From assembly GCA_010405405.1 (NCBI GenBank), contig MU004243.1, forward strand, positions 553,340 through 617,339: a stretch of DNA of 64,000 nucleotides, read 5' to 3'. Under the pieces are notes generated by a model. It worked only from the letters and a program-made list of their open reading frames with translations. It was not told where the DNA came from and ran no database searches. Source of the stretch: Microthyrium microscopicum. Taxonomy: Eukaryota. A program made the position numbers and the translations under genes. Positions within the stretch are counted from its first letter, which is position 1. The number at the start of each line of letters is the position of its first letter. Positions 1 through 12,313 of the stretch are shown here, one piece after another.

Positions 1-979
1 TCTTCTTCACGGATAGCGACTTCTTCAATTGGAACGAAGTTGGGGTTGGTGAGGATGTTGCGGAGGTTGTTAAGGACCATGTCCATGTCTTTGCCAAGGA
101 CATCGAAGGAGATGACGGGCGGATTTATAGAGTTGCCCATTTGGCTATCTTCTTCTGTTATGGCATCGGGGACTGATTGAAGGCGTTCGGCGTTTTCAGG
201 GAGACCTTGGAGCTCTTTGAGAGTAAGAAGTGTGCTTTGAACAAGGCTGATGAGATTGTCGTTTTCGTCGCTTAAGCTTTGGCTGAGCTGGGTTAAGAAC
301 TCTGTGGTCTCTTGATTCAGACTATATGCCGGATCGTGAACAGCCATAGCATCTTGGCTTTTGGAGTTCTCGCTCTTGACACCTGTAACACCTGGCTGAA
401 TCACGATAGCCATCCCCTGCGCTGAGCGGTTGCCACGCTGTTGTGTTGTCAAATGTGATTTGAGCTTCTGAATTTGCAAATCGCGTTTCCTTACATCGTT
501 TGCGCATGCTGCACGTATCTGACCCACAGTAGTTTTCAGTTTCGCCAGCTCATCCCGAAGAGCGCGAGCCGAAGCTTCGGCAGTCTTTGCAGCACGGGCG
601 GCGGCCCGTTCTTGTGTTTGACATTGAACGAGTTGACGGTTCAAATCGTCAACTTTGATCTGGAGGCGGTCGATAGAGGTAATGTTCGAGGTCGATTCGG
701 TACGAAGGGTTCGGATGGTCTGCGCGAGGGTTTCTCGCTGTTCCTGTTCTCGCTACAACTTGTCAGCCACGCCCGACCTGATGATCATATGAAACTGACA
801 TCTCGCCTTAGTATCATGTCATGAACGAGGTTGATGATTTCAGCCAGTGTTTGTTCTGTCCCCCCTTCCGCCTTATGAGGTCGAGCAAATTGGATTTGTT
901 TCCCATTTCGAAGCAAGCCGCGTGCAAGTAAAAGGTTGTTGAGGTAGGTTGACGCGGTTTTCAAATTGACTGTGTCCAT
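1..979 (-). CDS. Afadin/alpha-actinin-binding (ADIP/Msd1) family coiled-coil protein, NIMA-interactive TinA-like; 3' end runs off the window
   Basis: N-terminus MDTVNLKTASTYLNNLLLARGLL...IINLVHDMILRRD. Intron 753-799 (GTCAGT..GCTGAC..TAG) joins in frame to the coiled-coil REQEQRETLAQTIRTLRTE. Family recognised from memory. Confidence 0.75.
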
Positions 980-2183
980 AGTAATAGCGATGGCACTCTT
1001 ATAGGAAGTGCTTGTCGTCAGCCGAAGATGGATCCTTAATAGGTGGGGTTGATGCTGGAGTACAATGCAGTCAACTGGTTGCTTGGACGTGAGCGTGATT
1101 TTTGATTTGTTTACAAAAAGCGTTGCTGGGGAGTGGTACAGTTTGAGGACTAGCGCCGCGATTGATAAGATTTGATGGAGAACGCGTTTCGCGCGTGGCC
1201 TTAGCGTGGCATGAAGAGCGCCACAACGCTAAGAAACGCCAACGATCTAGCGCTTCCTCGATTTCACATCTTCATCCAACTTCAACTCATAATACGTTTT
1301 GATGCTGCCAACCCCGAAAGCAATTGGACTCTTACTGACAGATTGAGTACGATGTCATCTAGAGGCGTCAATAAAAGGATTCAGGATGAAAGATTTGACA
1401 CCACCCTTCAACTTCAGTTGTCGAACCATCGCGAAACTACGCTCACCACTCTGATGGCAAAGATACCTAGTTGAGACTGACTTAGCCTTCGTTACTCATT
1501 TGCAAACAACTTTAACCACTTTATCCCGTAGCATGAACATCTAGGAGGCTACAATTATCCATATCGCTGTCCTATACTCCGACATCCATCATCTACATAC
1601 ACATACACCTACTATCTTTGGCAGCGAACGCGAGAAATGTTGCCAAGTATGCAGGTCAATTTGCAACCTATTCCACTTATTAGACACCAGGCAAGCCAGG
1701 CCTAGAAGCTCATCGCCACGGACAAATGAAACCCCGCATATAGCCCATTCACCGCATGCCCGGTCGAGGTCATACTCGTTAGCGCCACTCTATTCCAAAC
1801 AACGCCCGCCTACCCAGATTCTGGTCAGAAAACGTGCCAGCCATGGCCTACCCGGTTCGGAACATAGTCTTAAAGTTCCCTTGTCCCTTCCTTAAACCAA
1901 GTTCCTATCCAATATAGTTTGCTTGGCACACACCCGCGTATTGTCGAATTGTCGCACATTCAATGCAATATGATGAGAAGACATCGGAGCCAGGTTCAAA
2001 GCAAAAAACAGTTCTCGGAATACCGAGGAACTTTTGATTTTACGGCATCAATTGCCAAAATAGGTCCTAACTATGAAGGATACTAGTCAATACAAGAAAT
2101 AAAAACAACATCAGTCAGCAACATCAGCCAAACAGTCAATCTCAAGCAGCACCAAGCTGCCTGCATGGTCTTACAACCATGAT

Positions 2184-3282
2184 TTAGTGCCAGGTGTTGA
2201 CATTGGGGTGCTTGTCGCCATATCGCTCAGCCTACAGAGCTTGTTAGCTTTCGCACTGCAATTCTTTGGACGAGAGATTACTTACGCGGTGCTCGTCATG
2301 GCGGTACTTGTCTTTATCTGAGTACGTCTGTTGTTTATCATTTTGATAGCGATTCTTGTCTGTTAACCTGTTAGTGATATGTCCAATGACGCGAGCTTAG
2401 GAGCCGGACCCTTGTTCAGCTCGTTCCAGTTGTGGTTTTGACGGTCGGACTTGATCTCCTAGGCTTTGTTAGCTCAAGATTACAGACAGAGCGTGTTAGA
2501 CTTTTCAAAATCAGCTCATGAAACAACCGCATACGCCATCGCATTCGATGGCATCCATAGCACTCGATGGGAGCCATCGAATCTGATGGGCGATACGATA
2601 AGTCGATTTCATTGAATATCATCAAGAAGTATTGTTTGACACGGTGGAATCTTACCTTGCGGTCTTGCCTGTCAGCGCGGTAATCTCCTCGCAGCTGAGA
2701 TTTGTCTGTAATTTGTCAGTATAAACTCCTGTATAAGATGTATGGAGAACTCACCCTGGTGGACGCGATGCTCGAGGTTGTCATAGTGCTGTTGCTGTTG
2801 GCGAGGAGTCCGATCTTGGTCAGCGGCAACGTCACGCTTGGTGTGGACGTTGGGGTGCTTGTTGGCATATCGGTCGGCACGGTGTTCGTCGTTGTGGTAC
2901 TTCTCTCTGTCGTTGCGGAGCTCTTGCTTATCGTTATGGTAACGATTTTTGTCTGTTAATCGTTAGTATAGCCGTGACTCAGAGCCACCGCCGCAGGCAT
3001 CAAGTGGCGCAAAATGAGGATCAAGGCACCTTTATTCAGCTCGTTCCAGTTGTGGTTGGCACGGTCGGACTTGATCTCTTTTCTGTCCTGGCGATCAGCA
3101 CGATGATCTTGGCGCAGCTCTTGACGGTCGCCTTTGACGCGGTTCTCAAGATGGTCATAATGTTGTTGCTGTTGGCGAGGAGTGCGATCGCTGGCGTCAG
3201 TAACGGCGGCTTCAGCTGGGAGAGCGAAGGCTCCAGCGCAGAAGCTGAGGATAGCAAGAGCGGCGAACTTGGTAAGCTGCAT
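2184..3282 (-). CDS. Secreted protein with two ~93-aa charged repeats separated by a Kex2-type KR site (KEP-like)
   Basis: Signal peptide MQLTKFAALAILSFCAGAFA. Exons 3282-3030, 2952-2755, 2705-2656, 2458-2410, 2359-2286, 2231-2184 splice in frame, and all five introns have CTRAC and YAG. Both repeats start DRTPRQQQQHYD; the linker is HTKR-DVAADQ. Confidence 0.85.
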
Positions 3283-6200
3283 GATGATTGATTGAATGAA
3301 TGAGTGTGTTAAGAGAATGAATGAATGAACTGGATTGTTGAGCTGATGATTTCAACTTGATCAAGGAGAACGGTGCCTTTTATACACGATGCTCTCTTAC
3401 CACTACTGACTTTGGCACAGTACCGAGCTTCAAAGTGTAATGGACGCATATGAAGCACAAGAAGATATTGCCGTGCATGGGCAACTTCCGATCTCATGGT
3501 CTCGATGCTGCGTCAATCTATCTCATGTCCAGTAAAGACTGTCGAAAGCTCAGCGTTTCCCAGAATCGAAGGATACGGTACGCTACCATGTCGTCACATC
3601 ATTGTTCCAGGCATGTCATGTTGGATTTCTCCGCATCGTGGTAGCTAAATTTGGCATGAATTTAATGTTACCAAAGGACAAACTTGGCTCTTGATCTCCG
3701 ACAGGTGGAGTGAACAAGACTTCTTCCGCCTAGGCGACAACTTGGCACTTTGAAAGTTCCCTGTCAGCATCGCGAAATAATTATCTTGTTGAAGCAACCA
3801 AGAACCAGGAAGCTTTGCGACATTTCGTGGCCGGTAAGATGGTCCGAGTTCGACTTGACGTCTAGGCTCATCCAATATCCGGGGAACTAGCAGTGAATCA
3901 AGCCCGAGCGAGACCATATTCTCGGTCGACATAGATTACCGGAGCTCTTTTACCCAAGCGCTTGTTGCAATGACCTTCTTTTGTTTGGTGACGACTAAAC
4001 TCTGATCGGACGACATACTAACACACACGTCTCGATTCAGGAGATATTCTTGATGCCACGGTTTGTAGGCATGACATTTGCATAACCGAAGTAGTTTATG
4101 CAAAATTCTCTTCATGTCCAGTCTATTATGAACCATAGCCATTGCCAAGGCAGATAATATTGTGTTCGGTGTCCAGACCTGATCTTGGAATCTTGGTGCC
4201 AAGTTCAATATATTAGGTTGTTGGCCTTTTGCAGGAAAAGCATGGTGTATGAAGATGCCCTGGGACTGACTATTCCGAAGCCATGGTCCCCATGAACTAC
4301 TTGGAAAACACGGTCATTGGAGGAAACACGGGAAATATTATTCCGGTGTTGTCGGAACATCTCTCGTCCCTGTGAATAGATTGAATGTTGCTAATTTAGG
4401 TCATCTGTGTTTCCGGCCGCTCCATATTCTCAGGATTCTGATTAATCTCGAGCCTTTAACCCTAGTAACGAAGCAATCTTATCGCATCTTGACTTTGCTT
4501 GTCTTACCTTGTGATGCTTTAACATCTCTTGTCGTCGAACCTCTAGTTCTTTTCATTTCTTGTCATGAGTATTAGAGAACAGATCATGTCTTGTCAATTC
4601 TTATCACTTGTTCCAAGACTATTTTGCCTTGGCTCGTGAAATCGAGTATAAAAGCCCATGAACTGGTAGTATTTGCACTTGAATATATCAAGATCGCGAT
4701 TTCTCGCCATATCATCTGTGAAGGTTGAGTGTGTTTTCTCTCAGGGGCTGTATTTTGCGTTTCAAATTGTGCTGTCTCGTCCCTCGGCCATCAGCGAATA
4801 TTCTTGCTGTTGCCACTTTTCTGATAGCTTATGCTTTGAGCACGTTCTATTATATTGCATCGGCATTATGTCACCGTTCAAGTAAGCCGCAGTTAGCCCA
4901 GCTGGTGATACTGTATGTATGTGGAAACATGAGCAGGAGGAACTCAATATCTCCACCAATATATATCTTATTGCCTGCCAAGATGAACTTGCCAAGCTGC
5001 TGATAGCACTTTATGACCAACAACTTGGCAGTTGGTAGAACTCTGGTTATATCACAGGGTGTACTAGGATTGGGAAAAAATCCTTCAGATCACTGTTAGC
5101 AGCTGCCTTGTTCTATCGCTAATCTATTTTGCATAGCCATGAAGCATTATTGAGAAACAGCTTTGACACGCGCAAAATTAACAACCTTGATCATACTGAA
5201 AGCCAAGTCGGATGTGCCAATGCGATCATTTTTTTAACCTCTCTACCAGCGTAGTTGTTGGGACTAAATGACTATATCTTTGGTTTTGGTTGCGAAACAT
5301 CCAGCCATGCAGGACGTGTCGGCTGTTCTATATTTGCTCCAACACATCGTCTTATAATTTTACACACCCAAGGGGAGTCGCCCATCAACAGCCCGAACTG
5401 CGGAGATAGGGATCGAATTCGGTTTGATGGGCGTGTTATATTATGGAGCATGGTGATTACCCCATAGTTGAGGCCTGTATTCATGTTTAGACCGTTCAAT
5501 GCTAGTCACGCTGGGGAGATATCAACATTGACGGTCAACACGAGCTTGTAAGTTCTAGGAAAACATAGCCCATATTTCGAAAAAATTGTACTTGAATTGA
5601 AACCAAGTCATGTCTTCTTCTACTCGAGCTGACGGTATCCTCGCAAGTTAGACTTCGCGACATGAACCAGGTATTTACTAGGTACCTACTCAGGTATTTG
5701 TGGCCACCATCTCTTGTCATACAAAGTACAAAGTAGACATATAAACTATTCTTGGAGTGTTTCAGTTCATTTTCTTTCTTTAAGTGTGTCCTTGAATACT
5801 CGAATGTAACAGGTTGCCAACCATGAACAGACAATATGCACGTCGATGAAATCGGATCATAGCAGTCTGCTCGTAACTCATTTGGACCGGAGCTCGGAGT
5901 AGACTCGTAGTTGTTCACGTGTTCGGGAGGCCACAGTCGGCCAGCGTGGAACAAGAGAATTTGGCCCTTGTGCAGGCAATACTTTAGGAAATACTGCGCA
6001 GTGACAACCATCGTATCTGGATGGTTCGTAGCGTTCCCTCAGACATCCACTTTAGCAACTTTATTATAACCATCATCCGCAGCAATAGAGAGCTAGTAGC
6101 ACACATAGTGGAAGTCGAAGGCGTTATCTTTGCGCATCGGGTGAACGAAATGACCAAATTTTGGCACCATACAATTTGCCCCTATATATAGAATAGAAAG

Positions 6201-8560
6201 CACCATTACCAGCTTATCAACCCCAATAAGCCCGATTACGCTCTCTTTGATCCAAATAGATAGTGCTTGATCTGTTCAGCATAACGCAACAAGATACGTC
6301 ATGTCTTCTTCTTCTGGTCGTCATGTTGTGTAACAAGCCAGGTCGTTTTACGCCCCGTGGGATGCAAGCAAGGAACGAAGTCAGAATCTTATTTAAACGT
6401 CACTTCAAAGGGCATATGTCTATCGTTGACCAAGGTGCACAACTAAAACTCGTGGCATTCCAAAGCTTCATCACCTTACGACCATTGATCTACGTATGTA
6501 ATTAGTCTATGGATATTGGATTCAAGTAGAACATAACTTTCCCACCTCTTATCGCTCTGGCCCAACTACATGATAACATAAGAACCTGTTCTTGATACGC
6601 TATGTACTTACCTTAATCGTGAAGAAAAATTAATAGGTAAACAAGACTAATAACCTTATTGAGATTTACATAGCTGATATTGAAATCCAAAAGCTGCACA
6701 CGAAAACTGCGCACGGATTTGCCGATAACCATGGATTGAGCCATTTGATAAAGGTAATAAGAATGGTCTTCGCCCGATGTATATCATGCTATAACTGTGT
6801 CTTGGTTTCAAGCACTTAACGTATACTCAATAACACTACTCAGCGAATGTAGTTATGGCTAGCCTTTCGGTAAAAATTGTACAGGACACCCTAGTCTTTG
6901 CTCTACATGGAGGAAATCCTTTGACACATGCATCATTTTATGGATCAGGTGTTTCATAATTCTCAGAATTGTCGGCAGTGGTATTCTCATTTTCGTCTTG
7001 GTTTCTCTCTTTCCTCCTTCTGCTTGGATTGGCGTGCCCAGCTTCCGGGTCTGACGACTTCCGATGCGGATAACAAATCGAGATCACACTTAATGGTAAA
7101 TACTCTGGATTCGTTCTTGAAGCATGGTATGATATTTTAAGGCCCAAATCGTGCGGCTAGCGCGCTCGAATAGATATCATGCATCAAACAATTGTTCGAC
7201 AAATAAGTTTAGCGATGCGGGCGGCTGCTCCCGTCGGATTAGAGAAATATCTGTCCCTTTGTGTTTGCTGATTGTCGAATAGAATTTAGACATCTGCAAG
7301 TGCTGTCAGCTCCACGTTGTGTTGTCTGAAGTCACTTACTCCTATTGGCCTACTAGACGAACACGAAAACCAAATTGTTGGAGTGACGATGCATTGCGAA
7401 ACCATTATTAGAGGCCACCCTTCCATATCTTTTTCGATTTACCCGACTTGGCTCGAGTTTCGAACTCGAGTGGATCAGTTCCCGGATAGAGGACGTCGGA
7501 TGTAGGGTACATACCTCTATTATCCTCGGTGCAGGATTTTGCTCGCAGCGGCTACATAAGCGGCAGGGCATTCGAATGAGCACCTGGATTTAGTTGGATC
7601 GCCAGCTTGGATGCTCTCAACCTGGATGCCTACCAACATCGAAAGCATTTCAAGAGGCTCTTATAGGGTCGCATGTAACATGAGAGGCTCTCACTTGCAT
7701 CTTTTCTCATTTGTCCGTTAGATTGGCGCCCTTGTCATTCAGGAATCCTTTCGGCGGAGCACAATCGCTTCGATCCCATTGCGTCAAAACGAGACTGAGC
7801 TGGGCGGCAAAAAGACAACAGGTTGCATAGATCTAGTTAGACATGCCTATTGAGGATATTATGAATCAGACTACTACCTAGGATTGCAAGATTGGACATG
7901 AAACTTGCAATAAGACTCTAATTCAAGTTTGTGTTCTCTAAAAGCGATTATCGACTCATTAAGAACGGTGGCGAACTGAAAACTAACATACTGTCAGAGT
8001 AGAAAGAAGAATATCAATCCTGTTTTTGATGGGCCTGAACAACTACAGTACGAAACAGGGGCCATAAGCGACGAATGTCTCAATATGGCTCTTGATGAAT
8101 GGTTTCCTACTCGTAAAGTAGTGCATTCAATCCTTCTTTTGCAGTGTAACCACCAGGATTTTCAAGAAAAATACCCCTACCAACCAGAGTGGAAGATGCA
8201 CCAACACGGTTTCAGAGCAAGGAATTATGAAAGACCCTGTATCAATGACTATGCAATCAAGACTGTTGGATTCTGCAAGCCGAGCGGGCCTTCGCCTGAA
8301 TATGGGATTCCTTTACCGACGTAGCGGTTGACCAACAGAATATGATCCGCCGAAAAGCTCTTGGAAGGTCCAGAAGTTGAATTATGCGGCCAGATGTCAG
8401 ATTTAGAATGCGGCCAGGCACTGCTCACTTAAAACGGTAGGCACGAGAGTAATATAAAACCCGCTTCCATCTACTGCATTCTCTGTTTCCCATCGCCTTC
8501 TCCTTTTACCATACTCTTCACCAGTTATATCAATCAATACTCAGCTAACTTACTCTCAAA

Positions 8561-8927
8561 ATGTCGGGCGGTGGGCACAATATGTTCCGTTGTCGATGCT
8601 GGGAGGAAGGGAAGGATCACTGTGGGGGTGATGCCGCTTTGGTCCATCAACGTGGTGATATTTGCAACGCATGCCGAGTGAGTTGTTCGGTATTTCTTCT
8701 GAGAACCTATCTACTAACACGAATTTAGGCTCGAGGTTGTCCAGATCGATTCGCAACCCAGCAAAGTCTGGTGACAAGACTAGATCTTCTAGTAACTTAG
8801 CCACTGTCTCTTTTCACTTGTCAGAATACTGATACCAACTTAGCCTCATGCTGTGGAACATACTCTTTTTGCCACAGTCGAATCATATGGAGATGGGGTT
8901 AGTTACGCAGTTACGCCAAGCTTGTAA
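8561..8927 (+). CDS. Small Cys-rich protein (putative zinc-binding), absent from the ORF track
   Basis: TATAAAA near 8454, CT-rich leader and CAAAATG start. Exon 8561-8677 encodes MSGGGHNMFRCRCWEEGKDHCGGDAALVHQRGDICNACR. Intron 8678-8728 (GTGAGT..CTAAC..TAG) leads to ARGCPDRF... The gene stops at 8800, or at 8927 if intron 8792-8843 is used. Confidence 0.6.
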
Positions 8928-10469
8928 TGAAGGAAGGGACCAGTTGTCTTACTTTGAGCTTTGATTTTGAGTTGAGTTAAGCATAGGGGTTGGAGGCTTC
9001 GTTCATGCCACGACAACAATTGCGAGGTCTATCGTTCATAATATTCCGGTTTGTCATTTCATAGTCAATGTCATCAATCATCATCAACTTATGACCTGTG
9101 TACCTGACACAGAAATTCCTTGAAATCTGCGCCGATGATTCCATGAAAAGTCTTCTTGTCAAAATCAGCGTCCGAGCCGCCTAAACCTTGTGGTATTCTC
9201 TCGATGCTTGTTCACCCGGGCTCATGACCATCTTAAAACTATTCGCATATGGGTTTGTTGTGAGAGGAGCAGGGTTAAAGTGACCAGGCCCCCATTCGAT
9301 ATTCACAAGGGTCCGAATCCTTAAGCGCGCGCAGACCGGTGTCTTTTACGAGTTCTTCTGCTTGAAGTGGAGCTTTCTAAGTCAGTGATAGGCCATACTG
9401 TCTTTAAGGTTTCGCCCAGCGCGTTAGTTGGAAAGCAGGCTCAGCGTTCATGAGAGTGGACTGAGCACTCGTATCCAAAAAACCAAAGAAGAAGCCCGAC
9501 TGTCACCCTCAGCATAATCCATAATGATTGTTTATTAGCGGACCGGGTAGCACAGCCTCTCTGATTTGGCGAAGCGAACGATATCGCTTGTAGCGCGGCG
9601 TCTACTCCCGGGGTTTTCCACCAGGCTCAGAGTCAAGGTTCAACGTGGTTCTTCTTTCATGGAAGAAATAGATTCCGGCGAATTGCAGAGGGCGGTCGGC
9701 AAGATCCATCATGCGGAGCATATAATAATCCTTGAGTTCCAAGAGTGTGGTGTTGTTCAGTGACCACTGACCTTCGTTGTATCATCGAGGATTTTAGGTT
9801 GTCCGACCACCATAATCCTTCGTCCTTCAGCCCCCATCGCGACGATTCGCCAATTCTTTGAATTGAGATTGGCTGTATTCAAAATTTCTATACGAGCACA
9901 ACCCTGAGTATAGAGTAGGTTGGAAAATGCAAAGGTGACGATAGGAGTGCTCCATTGGCTGTTGGGCATGTTATAAGCCCGGAAATTTCCTTCTGCAGGG
10001 TCAACAGCTGCTGGGGAAGCACAACTTACTACTTGAAGACTTCAACCATGCATAAGAAGCTGTCAGTTGGCTACATTTCGCGGGGTGAAGGTCATGCAGA
10101 AAACTACGTGGCTGCGTAATGCCGTGCCTCAAGGGGTCCGGCACTCATAGTCTTTTATTGGTAGAATCGTTTACTATGCAGCATTACCTCTCTAGACCGT
10201 GTTGGAGCCTTGGAGGCCACCTTGGTAAAAACCAACTGGCAACAGGCATAATTCATATCAGATTTATAGGTAACGCCACACAAGCAGTTGTTTTCCCATC
10301 CATTGAATCAGGATCATCAGTTGCTTTTCCACCTGTTGGATTAGGATCATCAGATGTTATCCTACCCTGCTGACAACTGGTAGATAGTTATCTTTGGTGT
10401 GCATCCTCTAGTAGAAGAAGAATGAAGTAGTAACGTAACAACGCAAACATTACATTTCATGAGAGCAAA

Positions 10470-11681
10470 TCAGTTTCCTGATCCTACCGGTCTGTTGCTT
10501 TCCCACCCTGTTAGAAACTGGCAGAAATTTTCACCCAGCTGCTCTAGAGCATAACCACCTTCCAGAAGGATTACACAAGGAAGCCTTGCGATGATCTTCG
10601 ATGCGGTTATTTTACGCGCTATGCGAAAATAATCGTCCGACTCAAGCTTGAAACTGCCCAACACATCCAGGTGAAAAGTATCGAAGCCCATGCTCACTAC
10701 CAGATATTCGGGCCGGTATTCTTCTACTCGCCTGAGAGCAGTTTCCAGTAGTTCCAGGTATGCTTCTGCTGTAGATCCAGCTGGAAGAGGTAGATTCAAG
10801 TTGAAGCCTTCTCCCTTTCCTTCACCCTTTTCGTCCACATGGCCCGTAAAGTAGGGATATTCATCTTGTCCGTGAATACTCACATAAAGTACTGAAGGAT
10901 CCGAGTAAAAATATTCCTGCGTTCCGTTCCCATGGTGGAAGTCAATGTCTAAAATAGCAATGTTGGGGCTTGCTGCCGCTGACCGCCTCTTGTGCAGCCG
11001 TTGCATGGCAAGTACCGCGATTACTGCATTGTTAATGTAACAGTAGCCACCTGCCATTGACGTCGTACAATGGTGTCCTGGTGGTCGGCAGAGCGCAAAC
11101 GCGGTCAAGCTGCTGCTCGTAGGCGCTGCTGCATGGTCGTCTCCAACACCAACAACCCCAACGGCTCCATTGCTGCTAGCCTCATGGCCGGCGGCAAATC
11201 TGGCCGCTTCAACGGCAAGATTTGCACTCGCTAAGGCCGCTTTCCACGTGTCTTTACAGATGCCTGCGCTCATGTCAAAAGCGTAAAAACCCGCGCGTGC
11301 AAAAATGTCCTTGGGAGGCTCAGCTAACCTCGCCGCAATTGTGCGGTTGCGCGAGAGGCGATGCGAGGGAAAGCATTCGGGAAGTATCGTGTCGGTGGGT
11401 TCGAGCAAGCCTTGCTCGATCCATGCTGCATGCGCCGTCTTAAGATGGTGGAGATAGTCACTATCATGGCTGTTGGAAAGGAGATCCAGAAGCAGGGACC
11501 CTTCGCCAACGGCTTCAGGGTGTTCTTCAATGTTTAGTTGGCGGACAGAATGCTGAGTTTGTTCCAGTGCGGCCAGGATGATCGTTATGCGTTCTGGTGA
11601 TTCTAGGGCCGGCATAAGCCGTGATCCTAATAACTCGACAGTTTTGTGAGAGAGGGTTGTGGGATCCGTTAGTATCAACAT
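10470..11681 (-). CDS. Histone deacetylase superfamily, acetylpolyamine amidohydrolase (AphA-like), intronless
   Basis: RPPGHH, GGYCYINNA, LDIDFHHGNGTQ, SIHG, GEGKGEGFNLNLPL, SMGFD and LEGGY motifs. Confidence 0.9.
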   Translation of the reverse strand: MLILTDPTTLSHKTVELLGSRLMPALESPERITIILAALEQTQHSVRQLNIEEHPEAVGEGSLLLDLLSNSHDSDYLHHLKTAHAAWIEQGLLEPTDTILPECFPSHRLSRNRTIAARLAEPPKDIFARAGFYAFDMSAGICKDTWKAALASANLAVEAARFAAGHEASSNGAVGVVGVGDDHAAAPTSSSLTAFALCRPPGHHCTTSMAGGYCYINNAVIAVLAMQRLHKRRSAAASPNIAILDIDFHHGNGTQEYFYSDPSVLYVSIHGQDEYPYFTGHVDEKGEGKGEGFNLNLPLPAGSTAEAYLELLETALRRVEEYRPEYLVVSMGFDTFHLDVLGSFKLESDDYFRIARKITASKIIARLPCVILLEGGYALEQLGENFCQFLTGWESNRPVGSGN

Positions 11682-12303
11682 TTAGCTGGCGTGGCAACAA
11701 ATGCAATGGCGCGAAAGCACCACGGCACAGTCGATGAAAAACGATCCGAAATGTCTTTGTGCCCGCTTTCGGGTCGAATTTTGGTGGCTGGGGGAAGCTG
11801 CTTTCCCCTCATAAAATCGGGATTGAAAAGTGGTGCTTTGGGCATGCGTGAGAAGATATTGCAATAGCATAATCGGATTGAATTTACCATTTACGTATAT
11901 GCGAGCAGTAGCACGTTACCAAAAGAAGCATGGAATGTAAGTGTTTTTGGACACTGATATCAAAATTGAGACCTCCACACTTCTAGGAATTGGATCGTCT
12001 CCATGAAGTATGTAGAGTTATTAAATTTGTGGCTCTTCCTGTTCTAAAATAATTAAGATACTAGGATGTAGTAGAGCATATGTCTTGCCATATTGTCATT
12101 TCCTTCATCTGCTACCTTTCGTCTAACAACTTTACCAACATGTACCAACAAACACCTATATCCATCTAAACCTCATCCTCATCCTCATCCTCATCCAACC
12201 CATCCCCCCCTTCCCTCCCTCCCTACATCCCCAAAAAAAACCACCCTCTCCCAAAACCAACTATCTTCAACCCCTCCACACTTCCTCAAACACGCCAGGA
12301 GCC

Positions 12304-12310
12304 AAAAAAA
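12304..12310 (-). terminator. Pol III oligo-T terminator of tRNA-Pro
   Basis: T7 run 3 nt downstream of the discriminator base. Confidence 0.8.
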
Positions 12311-12313
12311 TTG

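Noticed and set aside
1211..2000. Short ORF containing MSSRGVNKRIQDE, reminiscent of an E2 ubiquitin-conjugating enzyme N-terminus
   Set aside because: No downstream HPN..C motif or coherent exons could be found.
3600..8400. Many 60-160 aa ORFs, with faint F-box-like (3936-4208) and membrane-like (4725-5003) fragments
   Set aside because: No recognisable motif or spliceable model. They may be decayed genes; a BLASTX is needed.
9060..10380. Exon-like pieces on the minus strand with some splice signals
   Set aside because: They could not be joined into an open frame and show no recognisable domain.
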